Source of the DNA: an uncultured Actinomycetes bacterium
GTDB taxonomy: Bacteria; Actinomycetota; Thermoleophilia; Gaiellales; Gaiellaceae
Reading direction: 5' to 3'
Assembly (NCBI GenBank): GCA_963731015.1
Contig: CAVSTY010000003.1
Coordinates: 403,745-467,744, forward strand
DNA length: 64,000 nt
This document shows positions 8,304 through 17,674 of this stretch, one piece after another. Every line of letters starts with the position of its first letter. Positions within the stretch are counted from its first letter, which is position 1. The notes beneath the pieces are model-generated. The model saw only the letters and a program-made list of their open reading frames with translations. It did no database searches and was not told the origin of the DNA. The position numbers and the translations under genes are program-made.

Positions 8304-9239
8304 TCAGGCGAAGACGCCGAGCGAACGGAAGCGCGCGCGGCGCTGCCGACGGAGATCCTCGCCCGGAATCCCCTCGAGCCCGGCCAGGGATTCGCGCAGC
8401 GCCTGCCCGAGCAGACGCGCCGCCATGTCAGGATCGATGTGCGCCCCGCCCATCGGCTCGGGAACGATCTCGTCGACGACACCGAGTTCGAGACAGTGAA
8501 TCGCGTCCGGACGGAACGCGGCCGCTGCCTTCTTCGCCTGGCCAGCGTCGCGCCAGAGAATCGCCGCGCAGCCCTCCGGCGAGATCACGGAGTAGATCGC
8601 GTTCTCCTGCATGAGGACGCGGTCGGCGAGCGCGATCGCGATCGCCCCGCCGGAGCCGCCCTCACCGATCACGCACGCCACGGTCGGCACTTTCAGCCGG
8701 GCCATGGTCGCCTGCGACCGTGCGATCGCCGCGCCCTGACCGTGCTGCTCGGCGACGACGCCGGGATAGGCGCCGGGCGTGTCCACGAGCGAGACGATCG
8801 GGAACCCGTGCCGGTCGGCGAGCTCCATCGCATGCCAGGCCTTGCGGTATCCCTCCGGGTTCGGCATCCCGAAACGCCGACTCGCGCGCTCGTGGATGTC
8901 GCGTCCCTTCTGCTGGCCGACGAGGACGATGGTGCGGCCGTCGAGCTTGCCGAGGCCGGCGATCATCGCGCCGTCGTCGCCGAGGGCATGATCGCCGTGC
9001 AGCTCGAACCAGTCGTCGAGCAGGCGCTCGACGTAGTCGAGCGTGTACGGCCGCTCGTCGTGGCGGGCCAGCTCGACCTTGCGCCAGATCTCCTCGTCGG
9101 TGGCCTCCTCGCCGATCCTGGCGATCTGCCGCTGGAGCCGCTCGAGCTCGCCGGAGATGCGCGCGCCGCCGAGCAGCGGCAGGTTCCTCAGCCGCCCGAG
9201 CCGCTCGCGCAGCCTCAACTCGTGCTCAGTCGGGGGCAT
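8304..9239 (-). CDS. accA: Acetyl-CoA carboxylase carboxyltransferase alpha subunit
   Basis: 311 aa, E. coli-type separate CT-alpha (...GRPIGVVANQ-like core, GGSGGAIAI). Confidence 0.92.
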   Translation of the reverse strand: MPPTEHELRLRERLGRLRNLPLLGGARISGELERLQRQIARIGEEATDEEIWRKVELARHDERPYTLDYVERLLDDWFELHGDHALGDDGAMIAGLGKLDGRTIVLVGQQKGRDIHERASRRFGMPNPEGYRKAWHAMELADRHGFPIVSLVDTPGAYPGVVAEQHGQGAAIARSQATMARLKVPTVACVIGEGGSGGAIAIALADRVLMQENAIYSVISPEGCAAILWRDAGQAKKAAAAFRPDAIHCLELGVVDEIVPEPMGGAHIDPDMAARLLGQALRESLAGLEGIPGEDLRRQRRARFRSLGVFA

Positions 9240-10062
9240 CGAAAAGCCTCAGGAGTCGAGTCAGCGTCGGCCGCAGCTCGGAGCGCGGCACGATCGCATC
9301 GATCTGGCCGTAGCGGAGGTTCTGCTCGGCCCGGCCGAAGTCGTCGGGCAGCTTCTCGCGCGTGATCTCCTGGACGACACGCGGCCCGGCGAACGACATC
9401 AGGGCGTTCGGCTCGGCGAGAACGACGTCGCCAAGCGTCGCGAAGCTCGCGAGCACGCCGCCGGTCGTCGGATGGGTCATCACGGAGATGAGCGCCTGCC
9501 CGGAATCGTGGAGGTCCTCGACCGCAGCCACGGTCTTCGGCAGCTGCATGAGCGCGAGAATCCCCTCCTGCATCCGCGCGCCGCCCGAGCTCGTGACGGA
9601 GACGAGCGGCATCCCCGCAGCCGCCGCCGAGTCGCAGGCGCGAGAGAGCTTCTCGCCGACGACGCTGCCCATCGACCCGCCCATGAAGGCGAAGTCCATG
9701 ACGGCGAGCTCACAGTGGCGTCCGTCCATTGTCGCCCGGCCGATCACCATCGCGTCGGCAAGCCCGGTCTTCATCTCGGCCTCGGCGAGGCGCTCGGTGT
9801 AGGGGCGAAGGTCGAAGAAGCCGAGTGGGTCCTCGGAGCGCAGCTCCGTCGCCTCTTCGCTGAAGGAGCCGGCATCGGTCAGGGACGCGATCCTGGCCCC
9901 GGCGCGCATCGGGAAGTGGTGACCGCACTGCTCGCAGACCCAGAGACTCCGCTCGAGCTCGTCGTCGCGGTAGTGCGAGTGGCAGCTCGGGCAGGTGTTC
10001 GGGTCGGTCGGCGGAGGGGTCGGCTGGTCGTTCGTCTCGACCGAAACGTCGATTTTGGCCAC
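9226..10062 (-). CDS. accD: Acetyl-CoA carboxylase carboxyltransferase beta subunit
   Basis: 278 aa with an N-terminal zinc ribbon CPSC-x15-CEQC followed by the CT-beta core. It overlaps accA by 14 nt. Confidence 0.92.
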   Translation of the reverse strand: MAKIDVSVETNDQPTPPPTDPNTCPSCHSHYRDDELERSLWVCEQCGHHFPMRAGARIASLTDAGSFSEEATELRSEDPLGFFDLRPYTERLAEAEMKTGLADAMVIGRATMDGRHCELAVMDFAFMGGSMGSVVGEKLSRACDSAAAAGMPLVSVTSSGGARMQEGILALMQLPKTVAAVEDLHDSGQALISVMTHPTTGGVLASFATLGDVVLAEPNALMSFAGPRVVQEITREKLPDDFGRAEQNLRYGQIDAIVPRSELRPTLTRLLRLFDAPD

Positions 10063-10108
10063 GTCAGGAGCTTAGACCTCGCACTCGAGAGGGCGGTTGC
10101 GAAGGGGC

Positions 10109-10876
10109 TCAGTAGCCGAGAGCCGCAGCAAAGCGACCGAGCTGCTCGACGTTCGCCGGGTCGGGCGCGAGCCCCGTGAAGCCTGCGCCCACGAGCTTGC
10201 CGCTCTCCCTCACGTCCGCGAGCAGCTGCTCGACCTCGCCGAGCGTAGGTCCGCCGGGCTCGGGCATGAACACCGCGAGCTCGTCCGGATCGAGCACGTC
10301 ACAGTCGAGCGCGACGTAGACGGCGCCGGCTCGGCCGAGCAACGCGCGAGGGTCGTCCCCGATCCCCGACGCGGCGATGTACTCCTCCTCGGGCGGGTCG
10401 AGGTTGCGCGCTCCCCAGAGCACGACGTCGGCAGCGGAGATCGTGCCCCGGTCGAGCAGCGTGCGCAGCGGCATCCCCCACTCGTTGCCGGAGGGGGAGG
10501 TCTCAGGCGTGTTGAGATCGCCGTGCGCGTCGAGCCAGAGAACGGCTACCTGCCCATGGCGGGCGGCGAGCCCCTCGACCGCGCCGACGTGGGCGCAACA
10601 ACAGCCGCCGAGCACGAGCGGCCGCGCGGGCAGGTCGGAGGCGACCGCGAGCGTCTGCATCGCGAGCGTCTCCTCCTCGATCACGGCCACCTCGGGGTAG
10701 TCGAGCGCGAGCGAGGCCGCCTCGACCATCGGCTCTCCGCCGTCGCCCCACGCGCGCGGCACGCGAACGAGCCCGGCGTTGAAGGTGCGGCCGCAGCTGT
10801 GGCACTCGTAGCCCTCGTCGACCGCGACGGCCGTGAGCGTGCGGCAGTCGGGACACCGAGCGCGCAGCAGGCTCAT
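10109..10876 (-). CDS. Arginase/ureohydrolase-fold protein with N-terminal zinc ribbon
   Basis: CPDC-x17-CHSC is followed by GGCCCAH, WLDAHGDLNTP and ALDCDVLDP. The ATG at 10876 overlaps the stop of the upstream gene (ATGA); an alternative GTG lies at 10906. Confidence 0.75.
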   Translation of the reverse strand: MSLLRARCPDCRTLTAVAVDEGYECHSCGRTFNAGLVRVPRAWGDGGEPMVEAASLALDYPEVAVIEEETLAMQTLAVASDLPARPLVLGGCCCAHVGAVEGLAARHGQVAVLWLDAHGDLNTPETSPSGNEWGMPLRTLLDRGTISAADVVLWGARNLDPPEEEYIAASGIGDDPRALLGRAGAVYVALDCDVLDPDELAVFMPEPGGPTLGEVEQLLADVRESGKLVGAGFTGLAPDPANVEQLGRFAAALGY

Positions 10877-11755
10877 GCGTCCGTTTTCTCGAAGGCCACG
10901 CCGCACGATTCCACGTGCATGCCGGCGCGCTCATAGAGCCGCACGGCACCGGTCTCGTTCTGGGAGTCGACGTCGAGGGTGACGCGCGTCGTGCTGCGGC
11001 GCCAGAACTCGGCGAAGGTCCGCTGCAGGAGCGCCTTGCCGAGTCCTTTGCCCCGCCACGCAGGCCGGACTCCGATCGCGCCGACGTAGCCCCCGCCGGC
11101 GACGCTCGCATCGTTGCGCGTGACGGCGGCGAGCTCATCCCCGTCGCGCACGACGAACCAGACGGGGCCGTGCTCGTCGCGGTGCTGGCCCTGGCGCAGC
11201 TCGAGCCACTCGTCGAACGGCGTCTGATGCCACTCCCAATGCTCTGCGAACGACTCGTTCAACGCCTCGTAGAACGCCTCGTACTCGTCGTCGTGCAGCT
11301 CGTCCACGACCAACCCGGCCGGGAGGACGGGCTCCGACGGTTCCTCGGTCAGCTCGATCGCCATCTCGTAGAAGCGGCGCACCTCGCGATAGCCGCGCGA
11401 CTCGAAGAGTGCACGCGCCGCGGCATCGGGCTCCGGGGCGCCGACGAGGATCTTCTTCACCCCCTCCGCGCGCGCGAACGCCTCCCCGTCGCTCGACGAT
11501 CTCGCTTCCGAGGCCACGGCCCTTGTCGGCGACGACGCCCCGGATGTTGGCCGCGTCGCCGTGCACGCCGTACGACGCGCTCGCGACCATGCGGCCGTCC
11601 TCCTCCCAGACCCACGACTCCTTGCTGTAGTGCAGGAACATGAGGATGTCCGCACCGGTAAGGCGGCCGGGGCGGCCGTAGAGACGCTCCTCCTCCGCAG
11701 AGATGAGCGCCGCGACCACGGGCGCGTCGTCCTCGACGAACGGGCGGATGTTCAT
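10873..11755 (-). pseudogene. Two-domain GNAT acetyltransferase (MshD-like), reading frame broken near 11484..11492
   Basis: The N-terminal half (MNIRPFVEDD...GLGSEIVER) lies in the frame of ORF 11135..12085. The C-terminal half (DGEAFARAEG...AFEKTDA) lies in the frame of ORF 10873..11655. Both halves are collinear with the intact paralog at 11752..12648. Confidence 0.7.
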
Positions 11756-12648
11756 GCGAGCTCCTTCTCCCAGACGACCTGCTCTGTATCGACGACCATG
11801 CCCACGCTTTCGTACAGCTTCGTCGCTCCGGTTGTGTTCTCGGCGTCGACCCCGAGGCCGACCCGCCGCTGCCCACGCCGGTGAAACTCGCGGAAGCTGT
11901 GCAGCAGCAGAGCCTTCGCGAGTCCGCGGCCCCGCCAGGCAGAACGAACGCCGATCGCGCCGATCCAGCCGCCGCCGGAACGCTCGGGGTCGTTCCGGGT
12001 GGCAGCCACGACGTCCTTGTCGGTGTGGACCAGGAACCACAGCGAAGGGTCGTGATCCGGCCTCGCGATCTGTCGTTCCCACCACTGCTCGAATGGTGTC
12101 GGCCGGAACTCCCAGTGCTCGGCAAACGCCTCCTCGAGCGCCTCGTGGAACGCACGCGCCTGCTCGGGGGAGAACGGCTCGATGCGAAAACCATCCGGGA
12201 GCCGGGGAGCGGGCGGCGGGTCGTCGCCCAACTCGATCGTCATCTCCCAGAAGCGGCGCACCTCGCGATAGCCGCGACCGGTGAGCAATGGTTCCGCCGC
12301 CACGTCCGGCGCAATGGTCACGGCGTGGATTCGGCCGACACCCAGCGCGCGCAGCCGCTCCTCGCTGCGGTCGACGAGCTCCGACCCGAGACCGCGACCG
12401 CGCCGCTCACGATGGACGATGCCGATTGCGACACCCGTGTCGTCGTGCTTCTCCACCCACCCCACTGAGACGAGCCGTCCGTCCTCCTCGTACAACCAGG
12501 TGTCGTGCGGAAGATCGGGGCCTGCGAGCCACGCCGTGATGTCTGCCACGCCCAGCCGCGACGGACGGCCGAAGAGATGTGTTTCGTCCTCGGCGAGAAA
12601 TGCCGCGAGAGCGGGGAAATCGTCGGGTGTGATCGGGCGGACGTTCAC
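11752..12648 (-). CDS. Two-domain GNAT acetyltransferase (mycothiol synthase MshD-like architecture)
   Basis: 298 aa with two GNAT cores (RGRGLGSELV and RGRGLAKALL). Its stop overlaps the start of the next gene (ATGA). Confidence 0.8.
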   Translation of the reverse strand: MNVRPITPDDFPALAAFLAEDETHLFGRPSRLGVADITAWLAGPDLPHDTWLYEEDGRLVSVGWVEKHDDTGVAIGIVHRERRGRGLGSELVDRSEERLRALGVGRIHAVTIAPDVAAEPLLTGRGYREVRRFWEMTIELGDDPPPAPRLPDGFRIEPFSPEQARAFHEALEEAFAEHWEFRPTPFEQWWERQIARPDHDPSLWFLVHTDKDVVAATRNDPERSGGGWIGAIGVRSAWRGRGLAKALLLHSFREFHRRGQRRVGLGVDAENTTGATKLYESVGMVVDTEQVVWEKELA

Positions 12649-13289
12649 GCCGGCGCGAGCGAGTCGAGGCTCTCTGCGAGCCCGGCCAGGCTCCGCAGCT
12701 CGATGTCGGGCTGCGGCTCGGCCTCTTCGCCGAGCCGGTTGATCCAGATCGTGCGCAGCCCGAGCGCAGAGGCGGGTGCGATGTCGTGGAAGAGGCTCGC
12801 GGCGACGTGGACGTGGCGCCCGCGGTCGGCTCCGCTCCGCGCGAAAAACTCGTCCCAGTGCGCCGGCGCGGGCTTGTAGGAGCCGATCTCGGACGCGGCG
12901 ATGGTCAGCTCGAACCTGACGCCGACCCGGGCGAGCGACGCGGCGAGAAGGTCGGGGTCGGTGTTCGAGAGGACGGCGAGCCGCCAGCCGCGGGCGCGCG
13001 CCTCCTCGAGCGCCGCCGGCACCTCCGGGAACGGAGGCCAGTCCGGTAGCGAGCGCCCCAGCGCGTCCTGCCGACCGGCGGGAGCGCCCAGCCGGGCGAG
13101 GGCGACGGCCATCACCTCGCGATAGCTCCGGCTCGGATCCTCTCGCTGGATCTGCGGCTCCAGCTCGTGGTAGCGGTGCAGCAGCTCACCGCCGCGCGCC
13201 GCACCGAACAACCGCTCGAGCCCGCGGCCGATGCCGGCGTTCCAGTCGATCAGCGTCCCATAGCAGTCGAACGTCGCCCAGCGCCCCAC
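12645..13289 (-). CDS. HAD-superfamily hydrolase (haloacid dehalogenase type II-like)
   Basis: 214 aa with the N-terminal motif FDCYGTLID. Confidence 0.8.
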   Translation of the reverse strand: MGRWATFDCYGTLIDWNAGIGRGLERLFGAARGGELLHRYHELEPQIQREDPSRSYREVMAVALARLGAPAGRQDALGRSLPDWPPFPEVPAALEEARARGWRLAVLSNTDPDLLAASLARVGVRFELTIAASEIGSYKPAPAHWDEFFARSGADRGRHVHVAASLFHDIAPASALGLRTIWINRLGEEAEPQPDIELRSLAGLAESLDSLAPA

Positions 13290-13316
13290 GACGCCGAGCC
13301 TATACGCGCCGGACCG

Positions 13317-14579
13317 CTAGTCCTCGAAGCGCCTGAAGACGACGCAGGCGTTGTGGCCGCCGAAACCGAAGCTGTTCGACACCGCCACCTTCACGTCGGC
13401 GTCTCGCGCCTCGTTCGGCACGTAGTCGAGGTCGCAGGTCGGATCCTCGACCTCGTAGTTGATGGTGGGTGGCAGCTTGCCGTCGCGGATCGAGAGCACC
13501 GTGAACGTCGCCTCGATCGCACCCGCCGCTCCGAGACAGTGGCCCGTGGCTCCCTTCGTCCCCGAGACCGGCGTCTTGTAGGCGTTCTCTTCGCCAAGCG
13601 CGTACTTCAGCATCTGAGTCTCGGAGGAGTCTCCGATCGGGGTGGACGTCGCATGCGCGTTGACGTAGTCGACCTCGTCGAGGCCGACGCCGGCGTCTCC
13701 GAGAGCCATCTTGAAGGCCGACACCGGGCCGGTCGGGTCGGGGTCGGTGATGTGCTTCGCATCGGAGGACAGGCCGTAGCCGGCCACCTCCGCGTAGATC
13801 TTCGCGCCGCGGCCCTTCGCATGCTCGAGCTCCTCGAGCACGAGCAGCGCGCCCGCCTCGCCCATGACGAAGCCGTCACGCTCCGCGTCGAAGGGCCGGG
13901 AGGCGCGCACCGGATCGTCGTTGCGGCGCGAGAGCGCGCGCATCGCGCCGAAGCCGGCGATCCCGACCTCGCATACTGCCGCCTCCGTGCCACCGCAGAG
14001 CATTACGTCGGCGCGTCCCAGCCGGATCGCGTCCGTCCCGTCACCGATCGCCATGTTCGAGGCGGCGCACGCCGTGCACTCGGACAGGAGCGGCCCGCGT
14101 GTGCCGAGCTCGATCGAGACCCAGCCCGCGCCGAGGTTGGGGATGATCGCCGGGATCGAGAATGGGTTTACGCGGTCCGGTCCGCGATCGACCAGCACGG
14201 AGTGGCACTCCTGGAACGATCGCAGGCCACCGATGCCGGTAGCGACCGCGGCGCCGATCCGGTCAGCCTCCCTCGCGACCTCGAGCCCCGAGTCGGCGAC
14301 CGCCTGGCGGGCGGCAGCAAGGATCAGGTGCGTAAAGCGGTCCATCCGCCGCGCCTGCTTCCGGTCGATCCAATCCGTCGGGTCGAAGTCCTTCACTTCG
14401 CAGGCAATGTGCACCGAATAGTCACTGTGATCGAACTGCGTGATCTCGCCGGCGCCGGACTCGCCTGCGAGCAGGCTCGACCACGTGGACTCGATGTCGA
14501 GCCCGAGCGGTGTCACCGCGCCCAGCCCGGTGACGACGACGCGCCTGCGTCCGTTGAGAGAACCGTTCCCTGTGGTCAC
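13317..14579 (-). CDS. fabF: Beta-ketoacyl-ACP synthase II
   Basis: VVVTGLGAVTPLG..., an active-site Cys region (ECTACAAS) and C-terminal GFGGHNA. The GTG at 14579 overlaps the fabG stop by 1 nt. Confidence 0.9.
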   Translation of the reverse strand: MTTGNGSLNGRRRVVVTGLGAVTPLGLDIESTWSSLLAGESGAGEITQFDHSDYSVHIACEVKDFDPTDWIDRKQARRMDRFTHLILAAARQAVADSGLEVAREADRIGAAVATGIGGLRSFQECHSVLVDRGPDRVNPFSIPAIIPNLGAGWVSIELGTRGPLLSECTACAASNMAIGDGTDAIRLGRADVMLCGGTEAAVCEVGIAGFGAMRALSRRNDDPVRASRPFDAERDGFVMGEAGALLVLEELEHAKGRGAKIYAEVAGYGLSSDAKHITDPDPTGPVSAFKMALGDAGVGLDEVDYVNAHATSTPIGDSSETQMLKYALGEENAYKTPVSGTKGATGHCLGAAGAIEATFTVLSIRDGKLPPTINYEVEDPTCDLDYVPNEARDADVKVAVSNSFGFGGHNACVVFRRFED

Positions 14580-15304
14580 TACATCCCGAGTCCGCCGTCG
14601 ACGAGCAGCACGTCCCCTGTGATGAACGATGCCTCGTCGGAGCAGAGGAAGCGTACCGCGCCGGCCACGTCGTTCGGCTCCCCGAGCCGCCCAAGCGGCG
14701 TGTTGCCGAGCATCGCGGACGTCGCCTCCTCCGGCAGGACGTCGGTGAGCTGCGTTCGCACGTAGCCGGGCGCGACGACATTCGCCCGCACGCCGCGGCT
14801 GCCGAGCTCTCGCGCGAGCGACTTCGTGAAGCCGATGATCCCGGCCTTCGACGCCGCGTAGTTCGTCTGCCCCCAGTTGCCGTGTACGCCGACGATGGAA
14901 GAGACGTTGACGATCGAGCCGGCCCGCTTCTTCATCATCGGCCGACACACGGCCCGGCACGTGTAGAAGACGGAGGAAAGGTTCGTTTCGATCACGGTCC
15001 GCCAGTCGTCGTCGGGCATGCGCGCCAGCAGGCCGTCGCGCGTGAGGCCGGCGTTGTTGATGAGGATGTCAAGATCGCCAGCCTCCTCGACGAGCCGGGC
15101 CGCCTCCTCGGCACTCGAGACGTCGGCCTGGACGGCTCGGCCCTGGATCTCTTTCGCCAGCGTCTCGGCCTCCTCGGCTCCGCTGCGATAGCCCACCACG
15201 ACGTCGGCGCCGGCGCGGGCGAGCTCCAGTGCGATCGAGCGCCCGATCCCCTTCGAGGCGCCCGTGACGAGGGCACGCTTGCCCTCGAGCGAGCAGAAGG
15301 TCAC
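14579..15304 (-). CDS. fabG: 3-oxoacyl-ACP reductase
   Basis: 241 aa SDR: TGASKGIG and YAASKAG. Confidence 0.9.
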   Translation of the reverse strand: MTFCSLEGKRALVTGASKGIGRSIALELARAGADVVVGYRSGAEEAETLAKEIQGRAVQADVSSAEEAARLVEEAGDLDILINNAGLTRDGLLARMPDDDWRTVIETNLSSVFYTCRAVCRPMMKKRAGSIVNVSSIVGVHGNWGQTNYAASKAGIIGFTKSLARELGSRGVRANVVAPGYVRTQLTDVLPEEATSAMLGNTPLGRLGEPNDVAGAVRFLCSDEASFITGDVLLVDGGLGM

Positions 15305-16230
15305 GGCGATTCGGCGAGCAGCTCGGGAAGCCGCTCGAGCGCCTCGATGCTGTTGACCGAGACGGCTTTGACACTACGGTCGATCCGCTTGACGAGCCCG
15401 GAGAGCACGTTGCTCGGCCCGACCTCGACGAAGGTTCGGACGCCGTCGCGCATGAGCTCCGTCGCCGACTGGGTGAAGCGCACCGGCGCGGTGAGCTGGT
15501 CGACGAGGAGCGGTCCCATCCGCTGAGCCGACTCGACGCGTGCGGTCACCGTCGACATGAACGGCACGACCGGCTCCTGGAAGCGCACCTTCTCGATCGC
15601 GGGCCGCAGCCGGTCGGCGGCGCGCGCGACGAGCGGCGAGTGGAAAGCGCCGGAGACCTTGAGTTTCACGACGCGGCGAGCGCCCTCGCTCTGCGCCTGC
15701 TCGATGCACTCGTCGACGGCGAGGTGCTCGCCGGAGACGACGATCTGCCCGGGACAGTTGTAGTTCGCCGGCCACACGCCGAGGATGCGGCGGCAGAGAC
15801 CCTCCACCACGTCGTCGGCCAGGCCGAGGATTGCGGCCATCGAGCCGGGGTTGCGCGCCGCGGCCTCGGCCATCGCCAGGCCACGCTCGCGCACGAGCGC
15901 CATCGCCTCTTCCAGAGTCATCGCCTCGGCAGCCGCCAGCGCGGCGAACTCCCCGACCGAGTGGCCGATCACGAAGTCCGCCTTCACCCCGCGATCCTGC
16001 AGAGCCGCCAGCACCGCGAGTGAGGTCGCAACGAGCGCGGGCTGCTGCACCGCGGTGTCGACGAGCTCCTCGGCGTCGGCGTGGAAGCAGAGGCGCTCGA
16101 GATCGAGACCCGTCGCTGCGCTCCCGCGTTCGAACACCGCTCTCGAGGCGGGCACGGCCTCCGCGAAGTCACGGCCCATGCCGGCCTCGAACGAGCCTTG
16201 GCCCGGAAAGCAGAACGCGATCTTGCTCAT
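15301..16230 (-). CDS. fabD: Malonyl-CoA:ACP transacylase
   Basis: 309 aa: FPGQGS and GHSVGEF. Confidence 0.92.
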   Translation of the reverse strand: MSKIAFCFPGQGSFEAGMGRDFAEAVPASRAVFERGSAATGLDLERLCFHADAEELVDTAVQQPALVATSLAVLAALQDRGVKADFVIGHSVGEFAALAAAEAMTLEEAMALVRERGLAMAEAAARNPGSMAAILGLADDVVEGLCRRILGVWPANYNCPGQIVVSGEHLAVDECIEQAQSEGARRVVKLKVSGAFHSPLVARAADRLRPAIEKVRFQEPVVPFMSTVTARVESAQRMGPLLVDQLTAPVRFTQSATELMRDGVRTFVEVGPSNVLSGLVKRIDRSVKAVSVNSIEALERLPELLAESP

Positions 16231-17225
16231 GTGGCAGCTCCTATCGTCCAGCGCATCAAGGCGCTTCCCCAGGTCAGTCCTGCGCCCATTCCCGTCATGA
16301 GTACGAGACTGCCGGGCCGAAGCCTGCCGTCTGCCTGTGCTTCCGCAAGCGCGAGCGGAATCGAGCCGGACGAAGTGTTGCCATAACGGTCGACGTTAAC
16401 CACCACCCGATCCGACGGGATCCCGAGCTTCCTGGTTGCGTGATCGATGATGCGAACGTTCGCCTGGTGGGGAACGTAGACGTCGACGTCCTCGATGCGC
16501 GCCCCACACTCCGCCAGCACGTCTTCGGCAGACGAGACGAGAACACGCGTAGCGAACTTGAACACCTCACGTCCGTTCATCTTCACGTATTTCTCGGGCT
16601 CCTCGAAGCGGCGCGAGCCGCTGCCCGGGAGCCAGAGATGCTCGCCGCCGGCGCCGTCGGCGCCGAGCTCGAACCCGAGGAAGCCCGCCTCCTTCGCCGG
16701 CTCGAGCACGACCGCCCCTGCTCCGTCTCCGAAAAGGACGACCGTCGAGCGATCGCTCCAGTCGAGGATGCGCGAGAGCACGTCGCCGCCGACCACGAGC
16801 GCGCGCCGCGAAAGGCCCGACGCAACCATCCCGTACGCCTGCGCGATCGCGTACATGAAGCCCGTGCAGCCGGCGGAGAGGTCGTAGGCCGCCGCCTCTT
16901 TCGCGGCCAGCTGGTCGGCAAGGATCGCCGAGGTCGAAGGGAACATCATGTCCGGCGTCACGGTGGCGACGATCAGGAGATCGACGTCCGTCCCGTCACT
17001 GCCGGCCTGCTCGAGCGCCTGCTGTACGGCGGGCAGCGAGAGGTCGGAGAGCGCCTGCGAGTCGGCGGCGACCCGGCGTTCGCGGATGCCCGTGCGCTCC
17101 ATGATCCATTCGTCGGAGGTGTCGACCATCTGTGCAAGCTCATCGTTCGTGACCACTCGCTCGGGCGCGTAGGCACCGAGGCCCGTGATCGTGACGTGCA
17201 CGTCGCTGCGGCCGTGACCGATCAT
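16227..17225 (-). CDS. fabH: Beta-ketoacyl-ACP synthase III
   Basis: MIGHGRSDVHVTITGLGAY..., with SAGCTGF at the active site. The ATG at 17225 overlaps the fabZ stop (ATGA). Confidence 0.9.
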   Translation of the reverse strand: MIGHGRSDVHVTITGLGAYAPERVVTNDELAQMVDTSDEWIMERTGIRERRVAADSQALSDLSLPAVQQALEQAGSDGTDVDLLIVATVTPDMMFPSTSAILADQLAAKEAAAYDLSAGCTGFMYAIAQAYGMVASGLSRRALVVGGDVLSRILDWSDRSTVVLFGDGAGAVVLEPAKEAGFLGFELGADGAGGEHLWLPGSGSRRFEEPEKYVKMNGREVFKFATRVLVSSAEDVLAECGARIEDVDVYVPHQANVRIIDHATRKLGIPSDRVVVNVDRYGNTSSGSIPLALAEAQADGRLRPGSLVLMTGMGAGLTWGSALMRWTIGAAT

Positions 17226-17674
17226 CCGCCTTCGCTCCCCACGAAGACCGTCAGCATGGCCTCGACTGCGAGCTCGCCGTCCACGGTCGCGCGGCCCTGT
17301 CCCTTTGCGATCGGCCCCCGCACGCGCAGGAACTCGCACTCGAGCTCGAGCACGTCGCCCGGTTCGACGACGCGCTTGAAGCGGCAGTCGTCGATCCCGG
17401 CAAAGAACGGGATCTTGCCCCGGTTCGCCTCGTCGGCGAGAACCGCGACCGCGCCGCACTGGGCGATCGCCTCGATGGTCAACACGCCGGGCATCACCGG
17501 GCGGTCGGGGAAGTGCCCCTGGAACCACCAGCCGTCCTCGGGAACGAGGAAGCGCCCGCGCACCTTCCGGCCGGGCTCGAGCTCCAGCACCTCGTCGACG
17601 AGCAGGAACGGAGGCCGATGCGGGATGATCGACTCGATCGTCTCCCGCCCGAACGGGGCTGCAGGAAGGGTCAT
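17222..17674 (-). CDS. fabZ: 3-hydroxyacyl-ACP dehydratase
   Basis: 150 aa with FQGHFPDRPVMPGVL. Confidence 0.9.
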   Translation of the reverse strand: MTLPAAPFGRETIESIIPHRPPFLLVDEVLELEPGRKVRGRFLVPEDGWWFQGHFPDRPVMPGVLTIEAIAQCGAVAVLADEANRGKIPFFAGIDDCRFKRVVEPGDVLELECEFLRVRGPIAKGQGRATVDGELAVEAMLTVFVGSEGG

